A DNA stretch of 62,741 bases, the filler included, from Rhabdomonas costata (taxonomy: Eukaryota): NCBI GenBank assembly GCA_019059605.1. It is 45 parts of 45 records of this genome, joined end to end, with 100 filler letters (N's around TTAATTAATTAA, not from the genome) between each part and the next. Parts side by side here need not be neighbours in the genome. Positions count along the whole stretch, not along the records: positions 1 to 1,297 come from JAHMHO010020228.1; positions 1,398 to 2,694 come from JAHMHO010020229.1; positions 2,795 to 4,091 come from JAHMHO010020230.1; positions 4,192 to 5,488 come from JAHMHO010020231.1; positions 5,589 to 6,885 come from JAHMHO010020232.1; positions 6,986 to 8,274 come from JAHMHO010020233.1; positions 8,375 to 9,670 come from JAHMHO010020234.1; positions 9,771 to 11,067 come from JAHMHO010020235.1; 37 more parts are not named here. One strand, given 5' to 3'. The notes beneath the pieces were generated by a model. The model worked only from the letters and a program-made list of their open reading frames with translations. It was not told the DNA's origin and made no database searches. Below are positions 1-12,755 of the stretch, piece after piece. The position numbers and the translations under genes are program-made. How positions within the stretch are numbered: the stretch's first letter is position 1; each line of letters starts with the position of its first letter.

Positions 1-550
1 TGTGTGGGGGTGCATGTGAAATAATATAAATTATCACGATAGTTTTCGTTTTCAGATTTTGATCCATTTTTGAATCTATCTCTGGGGTGCACCTCAGGTC
101 AAAACATTTTACTGCACAAATGAGGCGAAACGGCTGCGAGGCCGTCCTTGCGATGGCCCTTCGTGCGGCTGTTTATCTCTACCACTCTCTTGTGGCCCTG
201 AGACATGACACCCACAGCGTGCTACATAGGTGGGGAGCAAGGGGACATGCTTGGAATTGGAGCTGTGAGCTGAAACCCGCATCCTCCTGCATTTCACCGA
301 CTTTTGGAGCACAAAGAAACAGCTTTAGACGTTGCTTGCTCGTTAAAGTACTGGTGGCCAAACAAAGGATGGATTTGGATGTGGTCAAGAGCCCAACAAG
401 GAAAGGCGAGGACACTGCGCGCGGGTTATCCTGTCATTTTTGGATTGAATAGAAGCGAGGTTGAAGATGGGGAACGCAAGCGATGCGTCACGGGCGAAAA
501 AGGCGTCTGCGGCATGCAAGCCTTATTCTTTCTTTCGCGGGGGCCTGCAG

Positions 551-770
551 GAATGCCTACCAGTGCTGCCCAGACCACGACTCCCCTGAGTACCTGGGAC
601 TTCAGTACGGCCCCGTGGTGAGCTCCATTGGCGCGGTGCTGATCCCTGCGGGCACCCCGCCCACCTTCACCGCGAGGCTGGACCTGCAAGGCGCAGCGGG
701 CACCCCAACGGGTACCCCGCTGGAGTGGAACCGAGTCATCAACGACCTCTACACTCGGATTTCTCGCAAA
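551..770 (+). CDS. Internal exon, protein of unknown function
   Basis: GC-rich segment from ctgcag| to |gttccc reading NAYQCCPDHDSPEYLGLQYGPVV...NRVINDLYTRISRK; no family recognised. Confidence 0.5.
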
Positions 771-1297
771 GTTCCCTCCCCCCCCTTCCTTGCAATGTCC
801 CTCTCTCCGGTTCACAGAGATGAGCCGAGGGTTCCGGCATCTACAGCAAAGCTCTTGCTTTTTTTTTTGTGACGAAAGAAAATGGAAAGGACAAGCGCGT
901 GGTCCTAAGGCCGGCATGGGTGGGCTCTGCCCCAACTCCGCCAGTGGATTGGAATATTTGCCTAACCTCGTTGAGCTCAACAATTGCGATTATACACGCG
1001 TAAATTACTTCACATTTCACACACTTCACATTAATCAATTCGCATTTACCTGGGGAACTCCCTCCCTCCCGAACTCCCGAACTCCCGAGCACAGTGATGC
1101 ACGGGAAAGTCATATATGCCAACTCTCTTTATGGCGGAGAGTCAACTGTTAATTAAAGAGAAAGGCATGAAAGGCAAAAGTTGCTTGAGTAGGGAGTGGT
1201 GTTCTACCTGCTTAACGGATTAAAGAATGATAAACAACCCTCCCTTTAAAAAATTATTTGTCCTGCATTCTCTGCCTACCCAACCACACCCACCACA

Positions 1298-1397
1298 NNN
1301 NNNNNNNNNNNNNNNNNNNNNNNNNNNNNNNNNNNNNNNNNTTAATTAATTAANNNNNNNNNNNNNNNNNNNNNNNNNNNNNNNNNNNNNNNNNNNN
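1298..1397. other. Artificial contig linker (first of 44): 44 N + TTAATTAATTAA + 44 N, recurring about every 1.4 kb
   Basis: The same palindromic 12-mer, with stops in all six frames and flanked by N runs, occurs at every junction; contigs are about 1290-1300 nt. Confidence 0.98.
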
Positions 1398-1616
1398 TGT
1401 TGGTTTTGGCATCCTTCACAGTGGTTTCGCCACTCGCGTTCCACAGGGTCAATCAATCATGCGGACGCAAATGTATCTGCGGGGGGGGGTTGATGCCAGC
1501 CACTCAGTCCAAAAGCAGGAAGGGGCTCAATAGAGAAGAAAAAAGGAAGAAGGGTGGAGAGAAGTGCAGCTCCGCCATGGGAAGTGAGGAAGACGGAAAG
1601 AAATCTCAATGTGCAC

Positions 1617-2638
1617 TCAGCACTTGGGCACAAAGTCCGAGCGCAGCGGCAGGGTCCGGTTGATGACAAGCTGCTCCGGGGTGGTGGTGGGGTCCACGGA
1701 GAAGTATCCCAGCCGCTCAAACTGGAACTTGGCAAGAGGCTGTGCTCCCTTGAGATGGGGCTCCACAAGGGCCTGGAGCACCAGCTGGAAAAGCCGAAAA
1801 GGCGGAAAAAAACATTGATCGTTCCAACAAAATTGGCTCAAAAACAACCACTTCAGCTCTGCTGCCTCTATGTTGTCTGCGCCTCTGAATCTCACGCGGT
1901 TGAAAACCGCATATATGCAGCAAGGAAATCTCAATCTCCGAAATCTTTCCCGAAACTTTTTAGAAAAATCATTCTTTTCAAAAAAAAATTTCGCCTTTCA
2001 ATTTTCTTTAATTAAACGATTGAAAATCCAATAATTGATTCGAATTCAACCACCACTTCTGGGTACGGCTACTCACTCAAGAAAATGTCTTTCAGGTAAA
2101 TCCACCCACCTCGCGAAGACACAGGGTGGGCGGCGAGCAGAAAACCATCCCTTCCCTGCTGTCTTTCTGCATGGGATCCGTTCAGCATAGCACGGAGCGT
2201 GGAGGTACCCATTGTGCTCATTGAAACTCAGCTCCCCTGGAAATCAGCCGCAGCTGTGCATCAGCGCTATTCCCCAAGTACGGGAGGTCGTGCTCCAGCG
2301 ACGGGAAGCTCGATAGATGGGTGTAGAAGTGTTGCATGACCACTGGCCAAGAGAGCGACCACGAGGGTGACAGCCATCCAGCCAAACCTCATTAGCTGCC
2401 TGTCTGCCTTCCTGCCTGCCCGCCTGCGTGTCTGCCTTCCCTCACCCGTTCCCTCATCTCTTGTGACCTCCGACTCCGGGTTCAAGAAGGACGCGAAGTC
2501 ATCGGAGGTCGCGGCGGACTCGCACGTGAACAGGTTGTCGTACAGCCGGACCTCCGCCCGCGTGGGCGCAACGCCAGGCTCGGGCTCGGAGACCCAATGC
2601 AGGCAGCCCTTGACCTTGGAGCGCTTTTCCCATTCCAC
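1617..2638 (-). CDS. QARS: Glutaminyl-tRNA synthetase, last two exons (2638-2468, 1784-1617), anticodon-binding domain
   Basis: [10 protein letters not shown]...[10 protein letters not shown]...FLNPES and [13 protein letters not shown]...[10 protein letters not shown] are hallmark GlnRS C-terminal motifs; an in-frame GT-AG intron separates the exons. Confidence 0.9.
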
Positions 2639-2794
2639 CTACGGGAACCACCAGGACCGCATGCAGCTTGCGCCTCGTCACCCCACACACAAACNNNNNN
2701 NNNNNNNNNNNNNNNNNNNNNNNNNNNNNNNNNNNNNNTTAATTAATTAANNNNNNNNNNNNNNNNNNNNNNNNNNNNNNNNNNNNNNNNNNNN

Positions 2795-3722
2795 CGCTGA
2801 AACAGAGCGTCCTTTGGGGGAATCCCGTGAACAGCCTTCGCACTGACCACAGTAGAGCACACGGGACCCTCATACAACTCCACGCGGCAGGCGTCCTCCT
2901 CTCCTGTGAAGAATACTCGGCGCTGGCCTGACGGGGACACAAAGGTCTGCAGGGCCACCGCCCGATCTTGCGGCACGGCAGGACCCAAAGGGGCAAACCC
3001 ATCTTTCAGCCCGAGACATGAGCCACTCGCTATGCCTGCAAGGCACCAGCTGGAAAGCGTAAGTGATAAGTCCAGCTGAGAAATTGCAGAAAGCAGACCC
3101 TCATGCTTTTCTTGAGGCCCTAGCTTTTATTAATCAGACCAACCTGACACTTATGGCAATGACCACTGTCAACGTCACTTGACCGGCACCAGCTCTAGCT
3201 GCACACCATTGGGCGGGGGTACATTCTCGGTCCTTTGCTGGACTTTCTGACAGATTAAATCGCAAAGCAACACTAGCAGCAAAGAAGGTGAGCTAGGTTC
3301 TGAATAAATGTGTACTTAGTACAAAACATTACCGGTCACCAAATTCCCAGTGTTAGAGACATGTCATTCACCAAAAAAAAATCGCGTGTGCCTCTACAGC
3401 TGCCGGAATAGATCCTGTCTTCGAGCCCAGCACCTTTCCTCCAGAACGTTGTGTCCAGCACAACTCGCTTGTCGTTCTCAAAGTCGGAATGCTCGGTGAG
3501 TAAAGAGACCACGGCAGGGGACCCCCCGGGGTCCACCAGAATCTGTCCACCCTTGACGGCGGGGATGCGGTACAGTTCTTTTAGCAGTGCAACGTATGCT
3601 TCTACGGAACCAATGGGATACCCAGTGGCTGAAGCGACAGATGCTGCGGTGGGAATCTTCGCCAGCCAACCCTGCAGCTTTGATACCACAAATGACATAG
3701 TTGGGCGGTCGAAGAGATTACA
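2795..3722 (-). CDS. Probable exons of a hypothetical protein (about 3722-3372 and 3035-2795)
   Basis: Open frames bounded by plausible AG/GT sites (SFVVSKLQGWLAKIP...; GFAPLGPAVPQDRAVALQTF...); no family recognised. Confidence 0.35.
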
Positions 3723-5352
3723 CTGCGTGAAGGTTCGGTGGTGGAAGAATGTATGTCACTTAATTATGTTTCTCTTTGGAGAAGAATTTGATTGATTACT
3801 CTTCGCCTGCATTCACTTTCACCACTTTCACGACTTTTTGAAATAAATCCTCCTTCGTAGAATGGGCGCTGCCAACTACCCAGAACCCGCAGGATACATC
3901 GGTACCATTTCGCAAAGCGCAAAGGTTCCTTCTTACGTTCACTGAAGCTCAAAATCACTTATGTATTTCAGCACCAACTGTTTTTAGCGTCGATGGTCGT
4001 GCCTGTGAAGCGACTGCTTCAACCAACACATCCGGATAAGATCTCACTGGCCACTACCAAGTCAATCAGTGAGGAAGCATCCACCAAAACANNNNNNNNN
4101 NNNNNNNNNNNNNNNNNNNNNNNNNNNNNNNNNNNTTAATTAATTAANNNNNNNNNNNNNNNNNNNNNNNNNNNNNNNNNNNNNNNNNNNNGGTTGTGTG
4201 GTGAACTTGAACTTGTTGTTGTGTGGGTGGGTATCTTCTTTCCCCTTTGGTGTGCCCTGGGCAGTGAAGGGATCCGGTCTGCTGAGGGGGGATAGACGGT
4301 ATAACGGCGTTATATGGGGAAGTACGAAACTTCATGCTTCGCCTTGACGTGCATTTCCGCCTCAGCCGCCCGATTCTTCCGCCACCCGTACAATAATTCT
4401 GTCCCGGGGTATGTGAGCTCCCAACAACTGTACCTTACATGAAAGACCCCGGAAAGGCGGGAAAGCATATTTTGATGTATCATTCCATGACCACACGACG
4501 GCGTTAGACCGTTTAACACCCCCCACCCCCCACCCCAAAAAAAAGCAACTGGACCAGGCCGCTACTGGACATTCCGCACCTGTGCGATCGGTGCCTTACA
4601 GTGTTGGTCCTTCCCTTGTGTTCCACACTGCTATGAATGCAAATGGTTGCCTTCCTGAGGCTCACGTTGCAATGGTCTGTTGGGGCTGTTGACGCGCCGC
4701 CGCCACCCAATCTCTCTTGTTCCCCCAGCCGTGCGCAGTACAACGTGTACATCTCTGGAAAAGAGTATGCGGTACGTCGAAGCTTTTTGATTCTGCGTGC
4801 GCTCGCGCCAAAAATGTGCCACCTATTCTGGAAGTAGGTTTTGCAAGCTATGGCCAAGATCGGGTCGTCCACCTTAAAAAAGGTATCAGAGGGTAATTCA
4901 GAAGAGGAGGGGGAGGATATGGTGTGGACACGGGCCCGAGCGCAATAGCGCTATGCAGCTTGTTTCAAGCATGGAGTGCCGGCGTCCCAACCAAATTCAG
5001 TGCTTTTTGTTGGCGAGCTGGTTATGCGGTTGGGGATGGGATGCCATTGGAACTGGGATGGCCAGAGATGTCATCCGATCCAGCTTTTGGAGTGGCGCGA
5101 GCTTCTGCCTTGCATTTCCGTGCAATGAAGGTGGACGTCTTTTGAAAGAATGTGCTCTTGGATGCAGGGGTCCAGTTGTCTCATTCTTCTGGGACTGGCA
5201 GCCTTCCCTTGAGACACGACTGTGAACTTCGTTTGTACATGAGAGCTTATCGGAGGGAAAGGGGGCTTTGCCCATGGGACCAGAGTGCTGGGTTACTTAA
5301 GATCGAAGCATTGACTGGTTGGAGAAAAATGCGAAGGTGGGGTTCACTGCAG

Positions 5353-5440
5353 ACCGCTGAGCACTACTACCAAGCTCAGAAGTTCACGGGCACTGGTCTT
5401 TCGGAGAAGGTCCGCTTGGCAGCTACCCCTGGACTGGCTG
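5353..5440 (+). CDS. NADAR (YbiA-like) domain exon
   Basis: ctgcag|TAEHYYQAQKF...EKVRLAATPGLA|gtatgt matches the NADAR signature TxEHYxQAxKF...IRxAxTP. Confidence 0.8.
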
Positions 5441-5841
5441 GTATGTCCCAGCCCCACACACACACAACCCACCAACCACACCCAACACNNNNNNNNNNNN
5501 NNNNNNNNNNNNNNNNNNNNNNNNNNNNNNNNTTAATTAATTAANNNNNNNNNNNNNNNNNNNNNNNNNNNNNNNNNNNNNNNNNNNNGGGGGGTTACCG
5601 GGTTAAAAACAGAAGAAAAAACGGGAATGATGAGAAAAGCAGCGCAGCTCCAAACTTGGACACCGCGGCAATGGGCAAGCGCCAAGTTGCACCTTCCGAT
5701 CTTCTGAAGTTCTGGGACATTTGTAATTTTTGTTGGGGGAGGGGGGGGGACGTTAACCCAACCCCCAATAGAATGAGCAGTTGATTTCCGAGAATACATC
5801 CACCTCCAATTTGGTTCTGGTGGTCGGCGGTGGAAATATAC

Positions 5842-6788
5842 CAGATCAACAAGCTCCTGGCAGATGTACACGAAGATCTGGCGGACTTGGTAGTTCTGGC
5901 TGCTCTTCAGCTTCTTCACGTACGCCGTGAACGCCTCGCGGTCTGCGGGCTCGCCCTGCCACAGTCTGTTGTGTCCAGTTGGGAAAAAAAGCACGCGATG
6001 CTTGTGAGCAAGCAAGCGCCTGGAAAACCAGAAATGAAGCCAACAGAGAGAAAAGTAACTTCACATCAAATATAATAACTCATGCAACCATCCACAGGTC
6101 CACGGGCGCAGGCGAACCTGACAAGGGCAAAGAGAAGTGCAGGTGGGGAGCGTATTTTTTGTGTGCGTGCGTGTAGGGAGGTCATAGACACGTACCGGCG
6201 GAGGATCAGAGCGCAGGATCGGAAGCAGCTTTGGCGCACATCAGCGACGCTGTCCTCCAGCAGCCGGATCCCCAGCTCCGCAATATTGCGCTTGCACACG
6301 GAAGGCGAGACCTATTGAATGTCCACCGGGAAACACTAAAGCTCAAAGCACACCATTCAGAAGATACTGTACGGTATTTATTGAGAAAAAAAGCTTCACT
6401 GTCCGCCGATTCGCTCCCATCGGGGTGGGTGCGAGGGAGGGTAGTGGAAAGCGTTCCTGCCGTTGAACACAAATCACAAAGAGAGGCACACACAAAGTGG
6501 CGATGACTCCTCGATGGGAGCTCTTGCGCCGAAGAGTTGCTGGGTGCGCAAAACCGTCCGGTTGCCGCAGAGAATGGATAAGGGACGGGGCAGAGGGGCA
6601 GAGGGACAGCGGGATAGCATTTGGCTGCGCACCAGTGCGGCCAGCATGCCCAGCTTCTGAGCGATCATCTTCCGCAGCCTCCAGTTGTCCGTCTCCGACG
6701 GCAGCCCGCAGATGATCGGCACGTACTTCTCCCGCGCGGCCTCCCCGAGGTGCTCCATGAACTCCGAGATGTTCGACACCACCCCGAA
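5842..6788 (-). CDS. HEAT-repeat phosphatase regulatory subunit, PP4R1-like; three exons (6788-6633, 6311-6196, 5965-5842)
   Basis: NWRLRKMIAQKL, LLEDSVADVR and NYQVRQIFVYICQ resemble the PP4R1/PP2A-A C-terminal HEAT repeats; GT-AG introns keep frame. Confidence 0.75.
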
Positions 6789-7026
6789 CTGCGGCAATAC
6801 CGGCGGGAGGTAAGTACGGAATACAGCTGGAGCCATCACCACAGTCACACAGTAAAAAATCAACTAATTAAACTCCCCCTCGCCCNNNNNNNNNNNNNNN
6901 NNNNNNNNNNNNNNNNNNNNNNNNNNNNNTTAATTAATTAANNNNNNNNNNNNNNNNNNNNNNNNNNNNNNNNNNNNNNNNNNNNGGGTGGTTGGACATT
7001 TCCCCAGCTGCTCTGTGCGCGCTCAG

Positions 7027-8214
7027 CTGGGGTTGATTCCGGCACTTCTGGCCAAACTAACGTACCGGGAGCCCGTGTTCAAGGCCGTGGCTGTGGCCTA
7101 CCGCATGCTGGATCCCGACACAGCGAGGGAGCCACCTGACGGGCGGCGGTACACGTACGTGCTGAGCCGGTTCAGGGACATCCCCTTGGCGGACATCGAG
7201 GCAGTGCTTCCAGTGAAGCAGGTGCTGCTGACCTCCGTGAACCGGGTCCTGCTGCTCATCCGGGCTTTTGGGCTGGCAACCGTCCTGGTGTGTGCGGGGG
7301 TGGGCGGTGAGTGCGTTTGTTTAATGGGACACTGTGGGGAAAATTCTCGCCAATTTAGGGTGATTGGCAAAAAATAGATTGGCATCATTCGTCGTCTCAG
7401 AGTGGGAGGCGCCACGTTTTCCCACAATGGATATAAAGGATGCAAGGAATGGAGTGCCATGAGGCGGGGTCGGCTTGGGCCCAAAACCCAAAAGAGGTTG
7501 TACACAAATGGATATCATGGCCCAAAGTGGAATCCTGGTCATCATGGGGGTGGGCAACTATGGTGGGAGGATGGGGCTGATTTTCTTTACACCGGGATGC
7601 AAAAAGGACCACAATGCGGGTGGGAGGCACTTCCAGAAAAAGCTCTGAATGATGTCAAGCGAATGATATTGCCTCTAGTATTGTGTGTGTGGGAGATCCT
7701 CTCCTTCTTTTCTTCCCAGTATTTCCCATGTCAGCGTAACAAGACACGATGGATTCCCCTTCCTTCTTTTCCCCCCAAAGCGCGTTCTTGTCAACTTTTT
7801 GTCGTTGGATCCTTTCCTTCCTTGGCGTCCTTGCTTTTTGTCGGACTGTATATAGATGTTCCGTGTGTAGCCTATGTTTTTCCATCAGGCGTGTCTGCGC
7901 TGCGTGCCCCCTGCCCTGTATACCTGTGCCTTTTCAGTTTGGGCGACTCGGTGACTTCTCCCCCCCCCTACCACCGTCCACTTCCCACCGCACGTCACAC
8001 GCAGTTCACCACGGTGACCTCGTTCGACAACGTGGACTCCACGGCCGCCCTGGCCGTGCTACTGACCATGGCTGTCACCTTGGCAATGCGGCTGTACGAT
8101 TTGGTGGCCTCCATGATGACCATGACGGCGCTGCAACTCAGTGAGATGCGGGCCTGGCTGGAGCACCGGCGGCAGGGCGACGGGGAGGTTGTGGTCAGCG
8201 GACTCCGAGATGAG
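7027..8214 (+). CDS. DUF3754/TMEM143-family membrane protein, two exons (7027-7287, 8005-8214)
   Basis: TYREPVFKAVAVAYR...SRFRDIPLADIEAVLP followed by hydrophobic helices, similar to the family motif EPTF...FKNIPMADMEIVLP; GT-AG boundaries. Confidence 0.7.
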
Positions 8215-10526
8215 GTAAGGCCCCAATCTCAATCTTGAGCCCCTTTACCAGTGCGCATCCACAATTCCCCTCCCNNNNNNNNNNNNNNNNNNNNNNNNNN
8301 NNNNNNNNNNNNNNNNNNTTAATTAATTAANNNNNNNNNNNNNNNNNNNNNNNNNNNNNNNNNNNNNNNNNNNNTTGTGGGGTTTTACTGTGCCCCTTTC
8401 GGCTTTCCTCTGTTCTCATGGAGAGGAACTCACTCAATTTCCGGTTTGTGTGCACTTACTGGCGATGGGTGTGATGAGGCGACTCGTGCACCCCGACTCG
8501 TTTCACCGTGCCGATGTTTGCACGGTGAATTCGGATAGCTTACTTGGAGTTTGGGTTGACTGAACGAGAACGGAGTGGAAGGGAAGGGAAAATCTGATAT
8601 GGCCCGTACGATATCAAAAGGGAGAAGCGAGAAACCTCACCTGATGCCGCCAGGGATAATCAGGAAAACGTCGGTAAATCCAGGAAAACGGAACCCGACC
8701 CTGGGAGCTTTCAGTAGACTAGGTCCAACAATGTTGAAGTGGAAATCTCAGATGTTTTCGCCGGGAGTGTGTGCCCCTCTTCCTCATTTCTTTGCGTTTC
8801 GCCCCCCCTCTCCACCCACTGAGATGTCCGAACTGTCCGGGGCTCATCCTGAAAGATTCCACTTGGGAAAGCACGGGCGACCTGGGCAGTGGCGAAAAGT
8901 TGTTCTCCTCGAAACACGCTTTGTTTTTTTGCGAGTCCTCTGCTCGTGGACGAAACAACAGAGAGCAGAAATCAAGCGAAATGAAGCACATTGACCCCCC
9001 CAAAAGAAATCCTGGATGCCGGTCGTTTGCAGCTGGGCATCGTTCTTTTGATAAGTTCTATCCTCCTTGCCTCTATTCTGTCATATCCTAAAACGGGCGG
9101 TATGAGGTTTGTGCCGGGTGTGACATCACACACGCTGTTTCATCAGTTGATGCAGCAACGCAATTGAAATGTGAAGGGGTATTTGTGGTCCGGTTTTCAG
9201 CAATTAATTCGGTGAAACCCAGATGTTATCCAATGGATGCAGACATCAGTGTGCCACCTGACATGAATTCAATTTTTGTCAGGCCAGCAAAGGTTTCAGA
9301 GGCTCAGAATGACTTCCAGGGCAGCTTAAACCGAGGCATTCCGGCCTGTTCCCGTTCAATTTTGAAGTACTCCTGAAGTAGTCCGATCTTACTCGAGGTA
9401 AGGATTCCCGTGTCCGATTCTCCGATGCGGTACAACCCAGTGTCAGGCCCCAGAGGCCCATGTCGGAATTACCAGAGAATGGGGGTGAAGATGTAAGCCG
9501 AAGTTAGCCCCCACCACCACCATGGACCGTGGGGTCCCGTAGAGTTAGACAGATGGGTCTACAAACACACACACACACACACATACACAGAAGCAAAACC
9601 TCCATGAATACATTGTTCCAGCCTTTGCCACATTGCATGACCCTCCTTGTTTACTTGCCCCACACCACCCNNNNNNNNNNNNNNNNNNNNNNNNNNNNNN
9701 NNNNNNNNNNNNNNTTAATTAATTAANNNNNNNNNNNNNNNNNNNNNNNNNNNNNNNNNNNNNNNNNNNNTGTGTGCGAGGCATTGTACACTAAGGCTTT
9801 TTGGCCCAGCTCTCGGGGGGCGTTGAGGTACAATTTTACCGTGGTTTACATCATCCTGGGTTTATTTTTTTCTCTTTTGCCATGTTGAGCTGCACGGTTG
9901 GAAAAGGAATGGAACTGCTAGGGGACTGCTGTAGGCTCTTGGTTTTTGACTTGGGTGTGGTATGGTTGGAAATCGGTTGTTTGAACAATTGGTGGGTGCT
10001 GTTTTTGCCGTGGAGGTTAGATGATCGTTCGGGCGAGTGGCGGCATGTGCGTCGCTGCATGGCGTTTTTGTTGCCCACTCCGTTATTGTTATCCCTTTGG
10101 TGGCAGTTTATTAAGACTCTTGGCGATTTGCATTTGTGATGTTTCTTTTTTGTGATATCTAGGCCATAGGTCTGCGAAAACGTTGACTCTCTGGGCTGAT
10201 TTGCCCCTTGCCTACGTTGCTTAATTCTCTGCGTAATGCACCCTTGCAGAATCGGTCGAGAACATATGGTTGTCGCGATCATGCGGAAGTTGTTCTCTTG
10301 TGGGACGCTGTTAGTAATCGCACAAATTTCACGGCTCTGATTGCATAGATATATAGTATCTCGTGGTTTGCATCGTTTGTTTTGCTCAATTTTATCAGTC
10401 CGCTGCTTTGAGAAGCAGACACAGCTCAATTGTTGGTTTGAAGAATGAAGATTTTGCTCTTGAATTGATTGAATTAATAAACATTCCCGGTGGCAACGCA
10501 GCAAACTTGTCCACCTGCAGAGCATT

Positions 10527-10544
10527 TTTCTGAGAGTATTTTCG
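10527..10544 (+). other. Degenerate spliced-leader-like relict upstream of the LEA-like ORF
   Basis: TTTCTGAGAGTATTTTCG versus the Euglena SL as recalled (ACTTTCTGAGTGTCTATTTTTTTTCG); it ends 7 nt before the ATG. Confidence 0.55.
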
Positions 10545-10551
10545 AGTATTA

Positions 10552-11067
10552 ATGGATACGCTTTCCAACTTGGGTCAGAAAGCGAAGGAGGTAGCCTCCA
10601 ACGTCAAAGAAGACGTCTCTGAAAGAGTTCATGTTCTGACTGGAAAGCTGCCCACGAGCCAAGACCTCGCACAGAATCGGACGGAGCAGGCCGAGCTGGT
10701 CAAGCAGGATTTTTTTGACGCAGGTCAGGCTGTGCAGGAAAAGGTTCATGATATCAGCCAAATGGCATCAGAGCAGGCAGAAAAGGCAAAGGACGCCGCC
10801 CGAGAAACTGATCAGCTGATGGAGGAGAAGTTTCCCGTTGTTGATCAGATGAAACAGAAGCAACCCGAGAGGCAAAAAGAGGCCAGTCGTGACACGAATG
10901 CCACCATGCACGACGAAGCCAGCAAGCTGAAGGAATTGGCCTCCTCGATTGGTCACAACGTCCAAAAAATGTACCACTCCACCAGCCACAATACATTCCA
11001 CCAGGCAGAGACAGCAATTGATGCACCGCGTCGCGCAGGGCAGACGGTGCAGGAGAAACACCACCAC
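10552..11067 (+). CDS. LEA-like hydrophilic helical protein, intronless, 3' truncated
   Basis: Rich in A/E/K/Q/T/D with no Cys or Trp; group-3-LEA-like segments (GQKAKEVASNVKE, ASEQAEKAKDAARE, AGQAVQEK / AGQTVQEK). Confidence 0.7.
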
Positions 11068-12755
11068 NNNNNNNNNNNNNNNNNNNNNNNNNNNNNNNNN
11101 NNNNNNNNNNNTTAATTAATTAANNNNNNNNNNNNNNNNNNNNNNNNNNNNNNNNNNNNNNNNNNNNGTTGTTGGTGGTTTGTGTTGGTCGGTTGGTGGT
11201 GTGCAGAGTGTTGTTGGTGTGAGCCCCCTACTCGGTTTTCTTGCATTTTTGTCCTGTGCTGTGGCAGGGTGGTCGCTACTGTGGCCCTTATGGTCACTGC
11301 TGCAGCGCTCCAGGGAGGCCTCTGTAGTGAGCTACTTGCACCCCGAGTACAGCGTGTTCGAGCGAAGGCCTCCCGCTTTTGTGCACTCGTTTGTGTTCTC
11401 CTTTCTGTGCATTTAAAAATTTGCAGTGCGGAGGTATGGCCAGAATAGAGAAGCGAAAGCTACAGCTATATATCACAGGCACACCGGAAAAACATCGGGG
11501 TACCCCAGAAAGGAGAAAGGGTACCCGAATTTAGCTTCCATGCACTATAAACAGCTAGGCAGACAAAAGACGCTTTTCTTACTATCTCTAAACCCCAGGT
11601 AAGCCCAAATGGTCTTTTTGTACCTTTTTCCTTTTTTGTACCACTTTCCCAGTTCTCTCAATTTTAAGGCCGCACGGGCAATACTTCGTAGTAGTTTCGG
11701 AGTTTCGGGAGCTTTTTGCGGCGTTATGGCTGCACGAAAGGCAGGCAGGCGGAGCGATGGTGCCAGGCTTAGCACTGCGCTGAATGCCATTTTCGCGCGT
11801 TTCCCACGAACGCACGCACGTCAAAGTTTGAGAGGCGGAAATGAAAGTATTTGATAGTCCTCCCAAGTTAGCTCAAAAAACTCTCAAATCGTTGCTAAGT
11901 GTGTGTTACAATTTTCAATGCATACACATGCACACACTCTCGCATTTTCCAGCATTCTGTGCGCGCGGGGGGACGCTGTGGAGGCGGTATGCGTTGGCCA
12001 GCCTCCAGAGCCTCCTTCTCAGGTCCCTTGTCCAATTCTTTTTCGCTCGTTCCTCCTGTCGCTGTTCTCAAAGCTCGACGGATTCCATCTTGCTGCGCAC
12101 GATGCTTCTTTTCCTGTTTTACCGTATTTTCATGCTTGCACGGAAGTACACTGTGCTCCTGGTCGGTTTTGTGCAACATTATTGTTGTTCACGTTGGTAT
12201 AACCTCAGAAATGCAGCCCGGCATCTGTGGCGTCATCGGAAACAAGCTGTAACTTACTGTAAACTTTTTGGAAACAGAAGAGGTGGGCCGCAGACCGCAG
12301 GAAGCAGGCTGTCAACCATGAAGTGGTCATGTCGCGTGTCGTTGTCCCGCGCGTCTTGAGAGTTTTCTTTCTATATGCGTCTTTGCCCTGGTCCGACGAA
12401 TTTGCGGGCTCACAGGCATCCCCCAAGTAAACGCCTCACTGGTGTTGTTTTCTTACCGTGTAAANNNNNNNNNNNNNNNNNNNNNNNNNNNNNNNNNNNN
12501 NNNNNNNNTTAATTAATTAANNNNNNNNNNNNNNNNNNNNNNNNNNNNNNNNNNNNNNNNNNNNAAAATCGCAGCAGACATGCAACCATCGCACGCACTA
12601 CATAGAACAATCAAACCGAAATAGGGTGGAGCGATCCGCCTTTCCAAACCGACCTCAAGTCGGCTGCCGCGGAAGGGGTGTGGCTCGGCATACAGTACGT
12701 GGACTTCGTTTGTCGTTCGTCGTTCCTCGTTTGTTTGTTTGTTCGTTCCTGACAG

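Noticed and set aside
4192-5330. Possible decayed element upstream of the NADAR exon
   Set aside because: No diagnostic motif could be identified in any frame I read.
7402-8004. N-terminal part of the 278-aa ORF
   Set aside because: Read-through of intron sequence; only 8005-8214 is exon-like.
11168-11222. G/T-rich tract as a telomeric repeat
   Set aside because: No fixed unit such as TTAGGG; it resembles concatenated amplification primer.
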